Below, piece after piece: positions 55,789 to 63,787 of a DNA stretch of 64,000 nucleotides. A model generated the notes under the pieces. The model searched no databases and was not told the DNA's origin. It was given only the letters and a program-made list of their open reading frames with translations. The stretch covers positions 23,149 to 87,148 of the IMG/VR virus record IMGVR_UViG_3300032004_000001; one strand, written 5' to 3'. The DNA comes from a virus. Its lineage: Duplodnaviria > Caudoviricetes. Each line of letters begins with the position of its first letter. The stretch's first letter is position 1. Both the position numbers and the translations under genes were made by a program.

Positions 55789-56036
55789 CCGACATCATCA
55801 TCTACAAAATCATTTCTCAGCCAGGCGGGGTGGATGGCCTGGACTTCAACAACAAGGGCGGGACCCTGGTCAACGCCCTGCTGAGCAAGCATGAAGCCAC
55901 CGTCCGCTACGGCAGCGACTGCCGCTACCTGATCGAGGCCGAAGTCCTGAACCTGGACTTCGCCAAACAGCGGGCAATGGCCAAACTCGACCCCATTGAT
56001 CGCCTGGCATTGTTCGGCTCGCGAGGGAAGGCATGA
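55785..56036 (+). CDS. hypothetical protein
   Basis: GAGGAG RBS; ATGA overlaps. Confidence 0.75.
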   Translation: MTDIIIYKIISQPGGVDGLDFNNKGGTLVNALLSKHEATVRYGSDCRYLIEAEVLNLDFAKQRAMAKLDPIDRLALFGSRGKA

Positions 56037-56359
56037 GAACCCACGCCCAAACCCGCCTCTACATCGAAACCGCCCGCCAGATCCTGGTCCGGGCCGGCGC
56101 CACCATCCTCCCGGCGGACAGCTGGTACGAGTGGTCGGTGCCGACCAAGATTGGCACCTTGCTGGTCAGCATCGGGGACGACTGCTGCATCACCTGCCGC
56201 TTCGAGAACATCGAGGCAGCGCTGCATGAAGGCCTGGGCGACCGGCTGAACATGCACAGCGGCAAGTGGAACTGGATGGGTGGCCACACCCATGAAGAAG
56301 ACATGTACGACCTGGCCTGCTTCCAGCGGGCATTGCGGAGGCTGAAATGGCACCACTGA
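56033..56359 (+). CDS. hypothetical protein
   Basis: Coupled start; codon bias. Confidence 0.75.
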   Translation: MRTHAQTRLYIETARQILVRAGATILPADSWYEWSVPTKIGTLLVSIGDDCCITCRFENIEAALHEGLGDRLNMHSGKWNWMGGHTHEEDMYDLACFQRALRRLKWHH

Positions 56360-56634
56360 AGTACGACCAGCGCGAGACCAACTGCCGGGTCCTCAAGATC
56401 GCCGCCCAGGCCTGGGCTCCCGGTACCAAGCTGCAGACCATCATCGTCGACGGCTGGTCCCGCGGCTTCCACCCCGACCAAACCCTGCTCGAGTGCATCC
56501 AGGCCGGCTACAGCGCCTGCATCGCCAAGCCGGCCATCAAACAGCGCTGGGACATGATGGACGCCGAGATCGAAGCGCTGCAACGGGCCGAGATGGCCGC
56601 CGATCCATTCTTTAACGAGGCTACCTGGCCATGA
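56347..56634 (+). CDS. hypothetical protein
   Basis: GGAGG RBS; codon bias. Confidence 0.75.
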   Translation: MAPLKYDQRETNCRVLKIAAQAWAPGTKLQTIIVDGWSRGFHPDQTLLECIQAGYSACIAKPAIKQRWDMMDAEIEALQRAEMAADPFFNEATWP

Positions 56635-56972
56635 AACTTGCAGCCAACCACGCAGATACCTGCCTCTCTAGCTATTGGGGCGGTCACCACCTGCCCCATA
56701 TTCAGGTCACGGTGCGCAAAGGCATGAGCCTGGGCGAACTAAAGGCTGACCTGAAAAGCGAGCTGGTCAACGGTTGCGTCATGGGCGCCGATGCACCCGA
56801 AGACGACAACGAAGAGTGGTTCGCCGCAGCCAAGGAAGCGATCGACCAGCTCGAAGCCACGGCCGGCACCGGCAACGACGTACAGCTGTTCAACGACCTC
56901 GAGGAAGATAGCGAGGAAGACGACGGCAGTGACAGCGTGTACGCCTACTTCGTGTTCACGGAGGAGGAGTGA
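56631..56972 (+). CDS. acidic hypothetical protein
   Basis: C-terminal half is very rich in Asp/Glu (DLEEDSEEDDGSDSVYAYF). Confidence 0.8.
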   Translation: MKLAANHADTCLSSYWGGHHLPHIQVTVRKGMSLGELKADLKSELVNGCVMGADAPEDDNEEWFAAAKEAIDQLEATAGTGNDVQLFNDLEEDSEEDDGSDSVYAYFVFTEEE

Positions 56973-56975
56973 GTC

Positions 56976-57755
56976 ATGACCAATAAATGTGACGGGAACC
57001 ACAGCGGACCGCGCTGTGGGGATCCTGAGTGCTGGAATGATACGCCGCGCGATTACCATTTACACAGGGATCCCGGCTGGCAGGCGAACTACGCCCTTGC
57101 GAACCGTGGCCAGCAGTACCGCTGCATCGTCTGCGGACTAGGGGGCGGTTCATGCGCCGAATACAAGCCACTCACCTACAACTGCCATAACCCCGAGTGC
57201 AGCGGCGAGAAGCACACCATGTGGCCGACGCCGCAGTACGCCAAGTACCGTGAGCAGGTACTGCTGGGCCTGAAGGTCCAGCAAGAGCTGGAAACGTGCC
57301 AGGCCGAGGTGGAACGGCTGAAAGAACGGCAAGCCGAGCACGACAACTCCAGCAGCGACCGGCAATTCTACACCAAACAGCTCCACACCCGCGCCGCCAA
57401 GGTCCTCGGCCTGGACGGTGACAACACGAGCTGGTTTGAAATTGTGGACGGCCTGGAGCGGCTCGCGGCCCTCAGCGTCACCCACATCATGCTCGACGTG
57501 GTGCCCGGTGAAGACGGCATGGGCGAGGAGGTCTACGCCAAATCGGTCCTTGAGGTCGAAGAAGCCCTGGGCCGGATGGGCGAGCAGGTTGAGAATCTGG
57601 AGAGTGACCTGACCAAAGCCCGTGAACTGCTGAACCTCGCCGACCACTACCTGGAGGAGAACTCCTTCAACAGCATTGGCGAGCCAGTCGAACACACCCA
57701 GGAGATGCGCGAGGCCTTCCGCCGGACCATCGAAGCCTACCTCACAGGAGCGTGA
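56976..57755 (+). CDS. mosaic hypothetical protein with Cys-rich N-terminus and coiled coils
   Basis: GAGGAGG RBS; several CxxC pairs. Confidence 0.8.
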   Translation: MTNKCDGNHSGPRCGDPECWNDTPRDYHLHRDPGWQANYALANRGQQYRCIVCGLGGGSCAEYKPLTYNCHNPECSGEKHTMWPTPQYAKYREQVLLGLKVQQELETCQAEVERLKERQAEHDNSSSDRQFYTKQLHTRAAKVLGLDGDNTSWFEIVDGLERLAALSVTHIMLDVVPGEDGMGEEVYAKSVLEVEEALGRMGEQVENLESDLTKARELLNLADHYLEENSFNSIGEPVEHTQEMREAFRRTIEAYLTGA

Positions 57756-58441
57756 CCATGAGCCTGAAACTGCCGCTATACGTGTACCGCCGCAAAGGTC
57801 AGCCGTCCTTTGTGGTGTGCGACAAGGCCCGCTTTGACGACCTGTCGCGGCATCCCCACCTGTTCGAAACGCAGGTAATCGGTGGGGACATCCCCGATAA
57901 CAAGGAACTCCTGCGCCTCCTGGCCCTGGCCTGGGGCACCGGTGACGTGTCCGCCGAAGACTGCCGCAAGATCGACGCCCTCATCGCCGGCCAGGATGCC
58001 CAACCTTGCCGCCCTGAACTCACCGTATGGTACGGCCCAATGCCCGAATCCAACGGTAAGTCCAACTTCACCGCCATGCTGATGCGCAAAGGCGGGTCCA
58101 CCCTGGACAGCATGACCCACGGTATCTGCCTGGAACGCAGTGAGTACCCGGACCGCGTTCGTTACGAAGCAGACAGGGCGCGCCACTTGATTGGCGAGCT
58201 GGAAAATGAACCTTGCATTCTTGACTACGACCCCGAAAAGCACAGCGGCTACAAGGAGCCGGAGGAAGAGAAGGGCTCCGGCTCCCTGGAGTTCGATGGC
58301 CTGCTGGCAGCGTTCCACGCCATCGTTTGGGCCACCGCCGAGAGCGATGACCCGACCATGGCCTATGACGAGGCCGGCAACAAGGAAGCCAAACAGCTGC
58401 AAGCCATGTACCGCGCCGCGGTCGAAGGAAGGAAAGCATGA
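57752..58441 (+). CDS. mosaic hypothetical protein
   Basis: Contains SEYPDRVRYEADRARHLIGEL..EP.ILDYD...HSGY, a module I recognise from phage accessory proteins. Confidence 0.8.
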   Translation: MTMSLKLPLYVYRRKGQPSFVVCDKARFDDLSRHPHLFETQVIGGDIPDNKELLRLLALAWGTGDVSAEDCRKIDALIAGQDAQPCRPELTVWYGPMPESNGKSNFTAMLMRKGGSTLDSMTHGICLERSEYPDRVRYEADRARHLIGELENEPCILDYDPEKHSGYKEPEEEKGSGSLEFDGLLAAFHAIVWATAESDDPTMAYDEAGNKEAKQLQAMYRAAVEGRKA

Positions 58442-58710
58442 CCCTCGAAGCACCTCGCAAGAATAAAGTCGTCTCCATCCAGGTGCAGACCACCAAACTC
58501 ACCGGGGCCGGTGTGCAGGTGGTGCCCTGGAAGGTGGCAGGCAACGACGCTACCCACTGGTCACTGTACCTGCGCTATGAGGACGGGAATGTAGAGTGGG
58601 TCCAGGACCTGCGCGTTAGTCGCTCACCTGCGGAAGTGTACGGCGAAGCCATGCTGGCGGCGGCCAAGCTGTCCATGGAGCACCAGGCGTTCATTGAGAA
58701 GGTGGTCTGA
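58438..58710 (+). CDS. hypothetical protein
   Basis: ATGA overlap; codon bias. Confidence 0.75.
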   Translation: MTLEAPRKNKVVSIQVQTTKLTGAGVQVVPWKVAGNDATHWSLYLRYEDGNVEWVQDLRVSRSPAEVYGEAMLAAAKLSMEHQAFIEKVV

Positions 58711-58712
58711 CC

Positions 58713-59153
58713 ATGACTTCCACCATCAAGGAACGCTACCTGGCCTACTGGGCCGACAACAAAACCCCGGTCCTGGAATTCACCTGCCCCTACCGGGCCT
58801 GCGCCACCACGCTCAAGGTGGCCAAGCCGCCGCGAGGCGATACCTGGGACAGCATGGCGACCTGCCCTCATTGCGAGCGGGACTTCTACTACATCGCGAC
58901 CAACCGCAAGGTGAAGACCAAGAAGCTGACGGCCGAGCCACAGCCGCACAAGCCGGTGGACCTGGAGCAATACCGCAAGGAGTTGATCCATGGTGTTTTC
59001 TACATGGTCTACGGGTCCGAAGACGGCGAAGGCCAGTCCTGGCGCGCGGCCTGGTGGGACCGCGAGGAGGACGTGTTCTTCGACAACAATGGAGAGGAGC
59101 TGGTGAACGAAGGCCTGCTGATCGTGCCGGGCGACCTGCCCGACGTACCGTGA
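58713..59153 (+). CDS. zinc-ribbon protein
   Basis: CPYRAC...CPHC. Confidence 0.75.
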   Translation: MTSTIKERYLAYWADNKTPVLEFTCPYRACATTLKVAKPPRGDTWDSMATCPHCERDFYYIATNRKVKTKKLTAEPQPHKPVDLEQYRKELIHGVFYMVYGSEDGEGQSWRAAWWDREEDVFFDNNGEELVNEGLLIVPGDLPDVP

Positions 59154-59290
59154 AGCGCGCAGCCATCCTGCTGTTGTTCCTCTGCGTCACCTACCCAACC
59201 ATCACCATCACCATCATGACCAAGGTCATGGGCCGCTGCTGGATGTTCCAGTGGCGGCACCAGTTATTCCACCGACGTGGAAAGGAGTGA
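59150..59290 (+). CDS. small membrane protein
   Basis: GTGA overlap; MKRAAILLLFLCVTYPTITITIM. Confidence 0.45.
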   Translation: MKRAAILLLFLCVTYPTITITIMTKVMGRCWMFQWRHQLFHRRGKE

Positions 59291-59292
59291 GC

Positions 59293-59829
59293 ATGAACAC
59301 GTTCATGAAAACCAACCACCGCCATCTGGCGGTGCCCCACACCATGCTCGGTGTAGAAGGGCTACTGGTGCGAATCCCCGCCAAAGACGGGCTATGGGAT
59401 ATACAGCAGTTCACCGCCAGTCGTGACTTCAAAGGTGAGGGTGGCCGCTTCGATATTACGGTCGAGTATGACCGTGGCCACCCTAGCAACAAGAGCAACG
59501 GATTCGGCATGCGCCGCAGCTTCGACGGCATCAGCGGTCCGCTGGACAGGGAGGTGGCCGCCAAATACTGGCCAGAGCTGGAGCACCTGGTGAAGTGGCA
59601 CCTGAGTAGCGAAGGGGTGCCGATGTATTACATCGAGAACACGCTTTATCTGGCGGCTAACGGCAAGTTTGAACAGGCCAGAAGATGCTGTCACTGGCTG
59701 GACGCACCCCAAGAGCTGCTGGAAGGTGCGGGCTGCTACATCGAGGTAGCGCTGCGCGACCGGCTGCCAGCCCTTCAGGAGCAGTTCCGCAAAGACCTGG
59801 CCGCAACCGGCCTTCTCCTGAACTCGTAA
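59293..59829 (+). CDS. hypothetical protein, paralog of the next gene
   Basis: AAGGAG RBS; WPELEHLVKWHLSSEGVPMYYIENTLYLA. Confidence 0.8.
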   Translation: MNTFMKTNHRHLAVPHTMLGVEGLLVRIPAKDGLWDIQQFTASRDFKGEGGRFDITVEYDRGHPSNKSNGFGMRRSFDGISGPLDREVAAKYWPELEHLVKWHLSSEGVPMYYIENTLYLAANGKFEQARRCCHWLDAPQELLEGAGCYIEVALRDRLPALQEQFRKDLAATGLLLNS

Positions 59830-59851
59830 CACACCCAAAAAGGACTGAGCA

Positions 59852-60808
59852 ATGGAAACCAAAGCAACTCTCTGCGGCGTGCCAGGCACGCTCACTGTAA
59901 TCCCGTGGGGCAAGAATGCCCGTGACGGTAAACCCGGCCTGTTCATGCACCAGAAGTGGATCAGCGAGCGCCGCACCAAGACCATCGACGGCGAGAAGGT
60001 GCTGATCCACGCCGAGGTGCGCTTCGACGACAACTGCAAGAACGGCCACAACAGCTTCGCGGTGACGGCCACTGGTTGGTACGACCATTGGAAGAGTCGT
60101 GACTGCGACTTCTGCGGGGCCTGTCACGACATGATCGAGAAGGTGTTCCCGGAGCTGAAGCACCTGATCAAGTGGCACTTCATGTCGAGCGACAGCCCGA
60201 TGCACTACGTGGCCAACACGGTGTATCACGCATCGAACCGGGATCACTACGGCCGGGTGAAGGGCGAACCAAGCAGCTGGAATGAACGCCTGATGTTCGG
60301 CGACTTCCCGATCACATTCAGCGTCAAGGAACAGGGGTTCCTGAAGTGGCTGATGGCTGCGCTGGATCATCGCGCCAAGACGCCGAAGAGTAACGCACAG
60401 CGCAAGAACTTCGATGTGGTCGAGGTACCCTATGTACCCCGGCCGGGCAGCACCGATTACAAGTTCTCGCCCAAGTACAGCTTCGACGACTGGACCGACG
60501 ACTGGTACAAGGCACCATTCGACAGCAGGGCCGAAGCCGCAGAATTCAGCGCGGCGCTCCTGAAGTACGAGGGCAGCATCAAGGTGATCAAGATCGTCAC
60601 CGGCTATGCCGACGGCAAAGAGCGCGACTTCGACGCCGCCCGCTCCTGCGGCATCTGGCCTGACGCCACCGACGAACAGCTCAGCCTGCCCAAGGACGAG
60701 CTGACAGCCTTGCTGGAGGAGCGACTGCCCAAGATGGTGGCGGACTTCAAGGCCGCCATCGAATCCACCGGCTGTTTCACCTGGGAGCCCGTCAATGTAC
60801 CTGACTGA
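59852..60808 (+). CDS. hypothetical protein, paralog of the previous gene with a central insertion
   Basis: FPELKHLIKWHFMSSDSPMHYVANTVYHA. Confidence 0.85.
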   Translation: METKATLCGVPGTLTVIPWGKNARDGKPGLFMHQKWISERRTKTIDGEKVLIHAEVRFDDNCKNGHNSFAVTATGWYDHWKSRDCDFCGACHDMIEKVFPELKHLIKWHFMSSDSPMHYVANTVYHASNRDHYGRVKGEPSSWNERLMFGDFPITFSVKEQGFLKWLMAALDHRAKTPKSNAQRKNFDVVEVPYVPRPGSTDYKFSPKYSFDDWTDDWYKAPFDSRAEAAEFSAALLKYEGSIKVIKIVTGYADGKERDFDAARSCGIWPDATDEQLSLPKDELTALLEERLPKMVADFKAAIESTGCFTWEPVNVPD

Positions 60809-61127
60809 ACTGCGTCACAACGTCGTAGCCCCCGGCCAATGGCCGGCCTACGCCGATGCCAAGATGCTGAACCTGTGCTACCCAATTGCCGACGCTACGC
60901 TCAACAGCTGGAAGGAGGCGCACGACGCCTTCAATAACCGCGAGCACCGGCGGACCAACCCCACCCACATCAGCGCCGAGCTGCACCGGGAATTCTCCCG
61001 GCTGATCGGCAAGGCGATGCTGATGGAAGAGGAGTGGTCGATCCGCTCCTTCGGCAGCAACGTGTTCCCTCGGGAATGCATGGCCTACGCCATGCTGGTT
61101 GACTGGATCGCTAAGGAGGACCGGTAA
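60795..61127 (+). CDS. hypothetical protein
   Basis: Codon bias; stop overlaps the next ATG. Confidence 0.75.
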   Translation: MYLTELRHNVVAPGQWPAYADAKMLNLCYPIADATLNSWKEAHDAFNNREHRRTNPTHISAELHREFSRLIGKAMLMEEEWSIRSFGSNVFPRECMAYAMLVDWIAKEDR

Positions 61128-61378
61128 TGAACCGAAATATAAAGAGCCTGCTGGTGATAGCAGGGGCAATGGCGATCCGCCCATTCAGGTTGTTTCCGGA
61201 CACCCTGGACACCAACAACCCAGTGCCTACGCCGCCGAGGCACAGCACTTCGAACAGCGAGTGTGACAGCTTCGAGAGTGCCCGGCGCCACAATGCGGCC
61301 GTGGCCAAACGTCATCGTCGCGCCGAGAAACTTCGGCGCCTGGAGGAAAGGAAATGCGCTACTACATCAACGATTTAA
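61127..61378 (+). CDS. small protein with Arg-rich C-terminal helix
   Basis: AAGGAG RBS; AVAKRHRRAEKLRRLEERK. Confidence 0.65.
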   Translation: MNRNIKSLLVIAGAMAIRPFRLFPDTLDTNNPVPTPPRHSTSNSECDSFESARRHNAAVAKRHRRAEKLRRLEERKCATTSTI

Positions 61379-61698
61379 CGCAGCAAGTTGTAGCGACTTG
61401 TCAGGAGCACAGCGACGTTCATATGCTCTACAACAGCCGCGAGGAGGCCACCTCGGCCTCCATGCAGCCTGGATACCTGGCCAACCTGCTGATCCAGTCA
61501 CAGAAGCCCGGCGCCACGGTGAAGGCCAGCCATAGCCAGATGCTGCGGATCGCCGAGTACCTGGAGCTGCTGACCCATATCCACGGTGAGCTGGACGCCG
61601 CCGTGTGGGACGCCGACAGCTGCCAGAACATCGCCAACTACATGGAAGCCCGCGGGCTGCGTGTCCAGGACGTCAACGACGAGCCTGAGGAGGAGTGA
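61354..61698 (+). CDS. hypothetical protein
   Basis: GGAGG/AAGGA upstream; codon bias. Confidence 0.75.
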   Translation: MRYYINDLTQQVVATCQEHSDVHMLYNSREEATSASMQPGYLANLLIQSQKPGATVKASHSQMLRIAEYLELLTHIHGELDAAVWDADSCQNIANYMEARGLRVQDVNDEPEEE

Positions 61699-61923
61699 TG
61701 AAGGGCCACAGCCAAATCATAAACAGCGCCCCGGTCACACCGCGGAATGCTGAGGTGGTGGCCAACCACATGGGTGATCCGTGTGTGCTGATTTACCCAG
61801 GCAGAAGTCAGCAGTCGTCCGTGTAAAAGATCGGCCGAGACAGCCGCCACTGCTATTCAGCCTGCCTGCTATCAAACAACTGCGTGACGACTTGAACGAG
61901 GCGATCGCTCTCCTCGAGGAGGA

Positions 61924-62247
61924 ATGATGGATACCGAAACAGTACGTGTGAAATGGGAAGTCGACGTCGAGGTCGACAAACGCATGTCGCCTCGCGAGAT
62001 TGCCCAGCATGTCGCCGAGACCTACTTCCAGGAGCGGATCTTCCGCGGGGAGCCTGATACGGCCTGCAAGTTCGAGGTGGGCGGCAGCGACGTAGACCTC
62101 AGCGACCCGGAAGACGCCTGCGTCGACCTGGCCCAGGCCGCTACTCGAGCCCTGCGTGACCTCAGCGAGCGGATCCCAGGCGTCGAAGGCATGGCATCGG
62201 TCAAGGCCCTTCAGCGCCTGATCGACCGGGCAGGGGAGACGCGCTGA
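61924..62247 (+). CDS. hypothetical protein
   Basis: GAGGAGG RBS. Confidence 0.75.
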   Translation: MMDTETVRVKWEVDVEVDKRMSPREIAQHVAETYFQERIFRGEPDTACKFEVGGSDVDLSDPEDACVDLAQAATRALRDLSERIPGVEGMASVKALQRLIDRAGETR

Positions 62248-62354
62248 TGCCCTCTTATTACGGCGGGTACAGCGCCCGCCCACCCAAGAAACTCTGGCGT
62301 TACCCGGGTGTACCGATCCCGGAGCGCCTCAAATCCAAGTACAAGGAGGCGTGA
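62247..62354 (+). CDS. hypothetical 35-aa protein
   Basis: Fills the gap with overlapping start and stop on both sides. Confidence 0.45.
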   Translation: MPSYYGGYSARPPKKLWRYPGVPIPERLKSKYKEA

Positions 62355-62635
62355 TGGCCCTCATCCCTGATCCCATGCCCTACGCCGCCCTGGGCAGTAT
62401 CATCAACGGCAACCGCTTCGTGGCCGACCCTAACATGACCGAGGGTAAGCTGGTCGAAGAACCCCGCTCCTGGAAGGAGCGCCTTTTAACCCTGCCCTGG
62501 CAGCCGATGAAGAAGACCAAGTTCAAATCCATAGAGGTGCCAAGCCGCCAGGTCGTGGTGATTGACGGCACCTACTATGCCCACCCGGCCTTGATCGAAG
62601 AGATCCGGCAGTTGACCCTCAAGGAGACGGAATGA
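62354..62635 (+). CDS. hypothetical protein
   Basis: AAGGAGG RBS. Confidence 0.75.
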   Translation: MALIPDPMPYAALGSIINGNRFVADPNMTEGKLVEEPRSWKERLLTLPWQPMKKTKFKSIEVPSRQVVVIDGTYYAHPALIEEIRQLTLKETE

Positions 62636-62880
62636 GCCAGAGCCGCCTCGGTAGCCTGGCCGAAACCACCATCAACATGTTGGTCGGGTTCTGGTTGTCA
62701 GTGGCGGTGCAGATGGTGGTCTTCCCGATGTTCGGGTATGACCTACCGCTGCACAGCAACATGGCAATCGTCGCGATCTTCACCATCGTCAGCATGATCC
62801 GCAGCTATTTGTTGCGGCGGATCTTCAACTGGCTCACAGCCAGAAGGCAGGCAGCATGCCAAAGTTCAGCGTCACCCTGA
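62632..62880 (+). CDS. 2-TM membrane protein of a widespread phage family
   Basis: MSQSRLGSLAETTINMLVGF...FTIVSMIRSYLLRRIFN. Confidence 0.8.
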   Translation: MSQSRLGSLAETTINMLVGFWLSVAVQMVVFPMFGYDLPLHSNMAIVAIFTIVSMIRSYLLRRIFNWLTARRQAACQSSASP

Positions 62881-63245
62881 TCGGCCGCGCCGACATGTTC
62901 ACCGAGGTAGAGGTAGAGGCCGAGAACGCCGAGCAGGCTGAAGCCATGGCGCAGACCAAAGCGTCTACCCGGGCGTCTGACTGGCAGTTCGAAGACTCCC
63001 CTGTCCACACAGTCGAGGCTATTGAAACCCTCGAGCTGGTTGAGGAAGAAGACCTCCCCTCGAACAAGATGAAGGTACTCGTCAACGGGAAGGAGGAAGT
63101 CCGGGAGGTGGACTATGTCCAAACCGACGGTTATCCGTCCAAACCCACGGCGGTGCCCGTATTGCACGAAGGGGAGCTGATAGGGCAGACGCTTCTGGAC
63201 GGGAAGATTTTTATCGTCGGGGGAGCAGGTAATGGCAGCCTATAA
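62856..63245 (+). CDS. acidic hypothetical protein
   Basis: VEVEAENAEQAEAMA motif; Glu-rich. Confidence 0.75.
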   Translation: MPKFSVTLIGRADMFTEVEVEAENAEQAEAMAQTKASTRASDWQFEDSPVHTVEAIETLELVEEEDLPSNKMKVLVNGKEEVREVDYVQTDGYPSKPTAVPVLHEGELIGQTLLDGKIFIVGGAGNGSL

Positions 63246-63588
63246 AAAGGGCGATATCGTCCGTTACAGCGGCGGCAGCACGGCGCTGGTAAAGCTCTCA
63301 GGACCTCACGCTGGCGGGTGGCACGGCGATCACTGTATGGGCGGCAGCTACTACGTCTCGCAAGACAGGATACAGGGACTGGCCGACGAAGAGGATCTGC
63401 GCATGTGGAAGAAGTGCGCTTGGCACCGCGGCGAGGGCATCCCTCCGGATTACCGGCCGAAGATCTTCAAGAAGGATGGGCGGTATCAGGTAAAGGTCAG
63501 TGACTACGTACCTAAAAGGTGGCTGGGGTTATTTTTCGAGTATCTGAAAGCCGCGAAAGCGTTTGTAGCCCGTCTCAATCAGCAGTAA
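63232..63588 (+). CDS. hypothetical protein
   Basis: YKKGDIVRY SH3-like start. Confidence 0.7.
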   Translation: MAAYKKGDIVRYSGGSTALVKLSGPHAGGWHGDHCMGGSYYVSQDRIQGLADEEDLRMWKKCAWHRGEGIPPDYRPKIFKKDGRYQVKVSDYVPKRWLGLFFEYLKAAKAFVARLNQQ

Positions 63589-63606
63589 TCTCGCCAACTA
63601 TCGACA
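63586..63606. promoter_or_regulatory. palindromic motif copy (TAATCTCGCCAACTATCGACA)
   Basis: 19/21 identical to the copy at 12268; overlaps the upstream TAA. Confidence 0.65.
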
Positions 63607-63616
63607 AAGGTGCAGC

Positions 63617-63787
63617 ATGACCGACGAAGAATATGTGGCGAAGATCGTGCAGATGACCAAGGAACAACTGCTTGACCACATCATGGAGAACCCCACCGAC
63701 CTCACGGACCCGTATTACCGCTAGTTCGGAAGGGCGATCCAGAAACGCTACGAACAACTCAACCCACAGAAAGGAAACACTGTATGA
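63617..63787 (+). pseudogene. small ORF interrupted by an in-frame TAG at 63722-63724
   Basis: 35 codons, TAG, then 20 more sense codons ending in a TGA that overlaps the next ATG. Confidence 0.5.

Noticed and set aside
61698-61826. 42-aa ORF after 61354-61698
   Set aside because: It has an RBS and overlap but poor codon bias and leaves a 100-bp gap; too weak to call.
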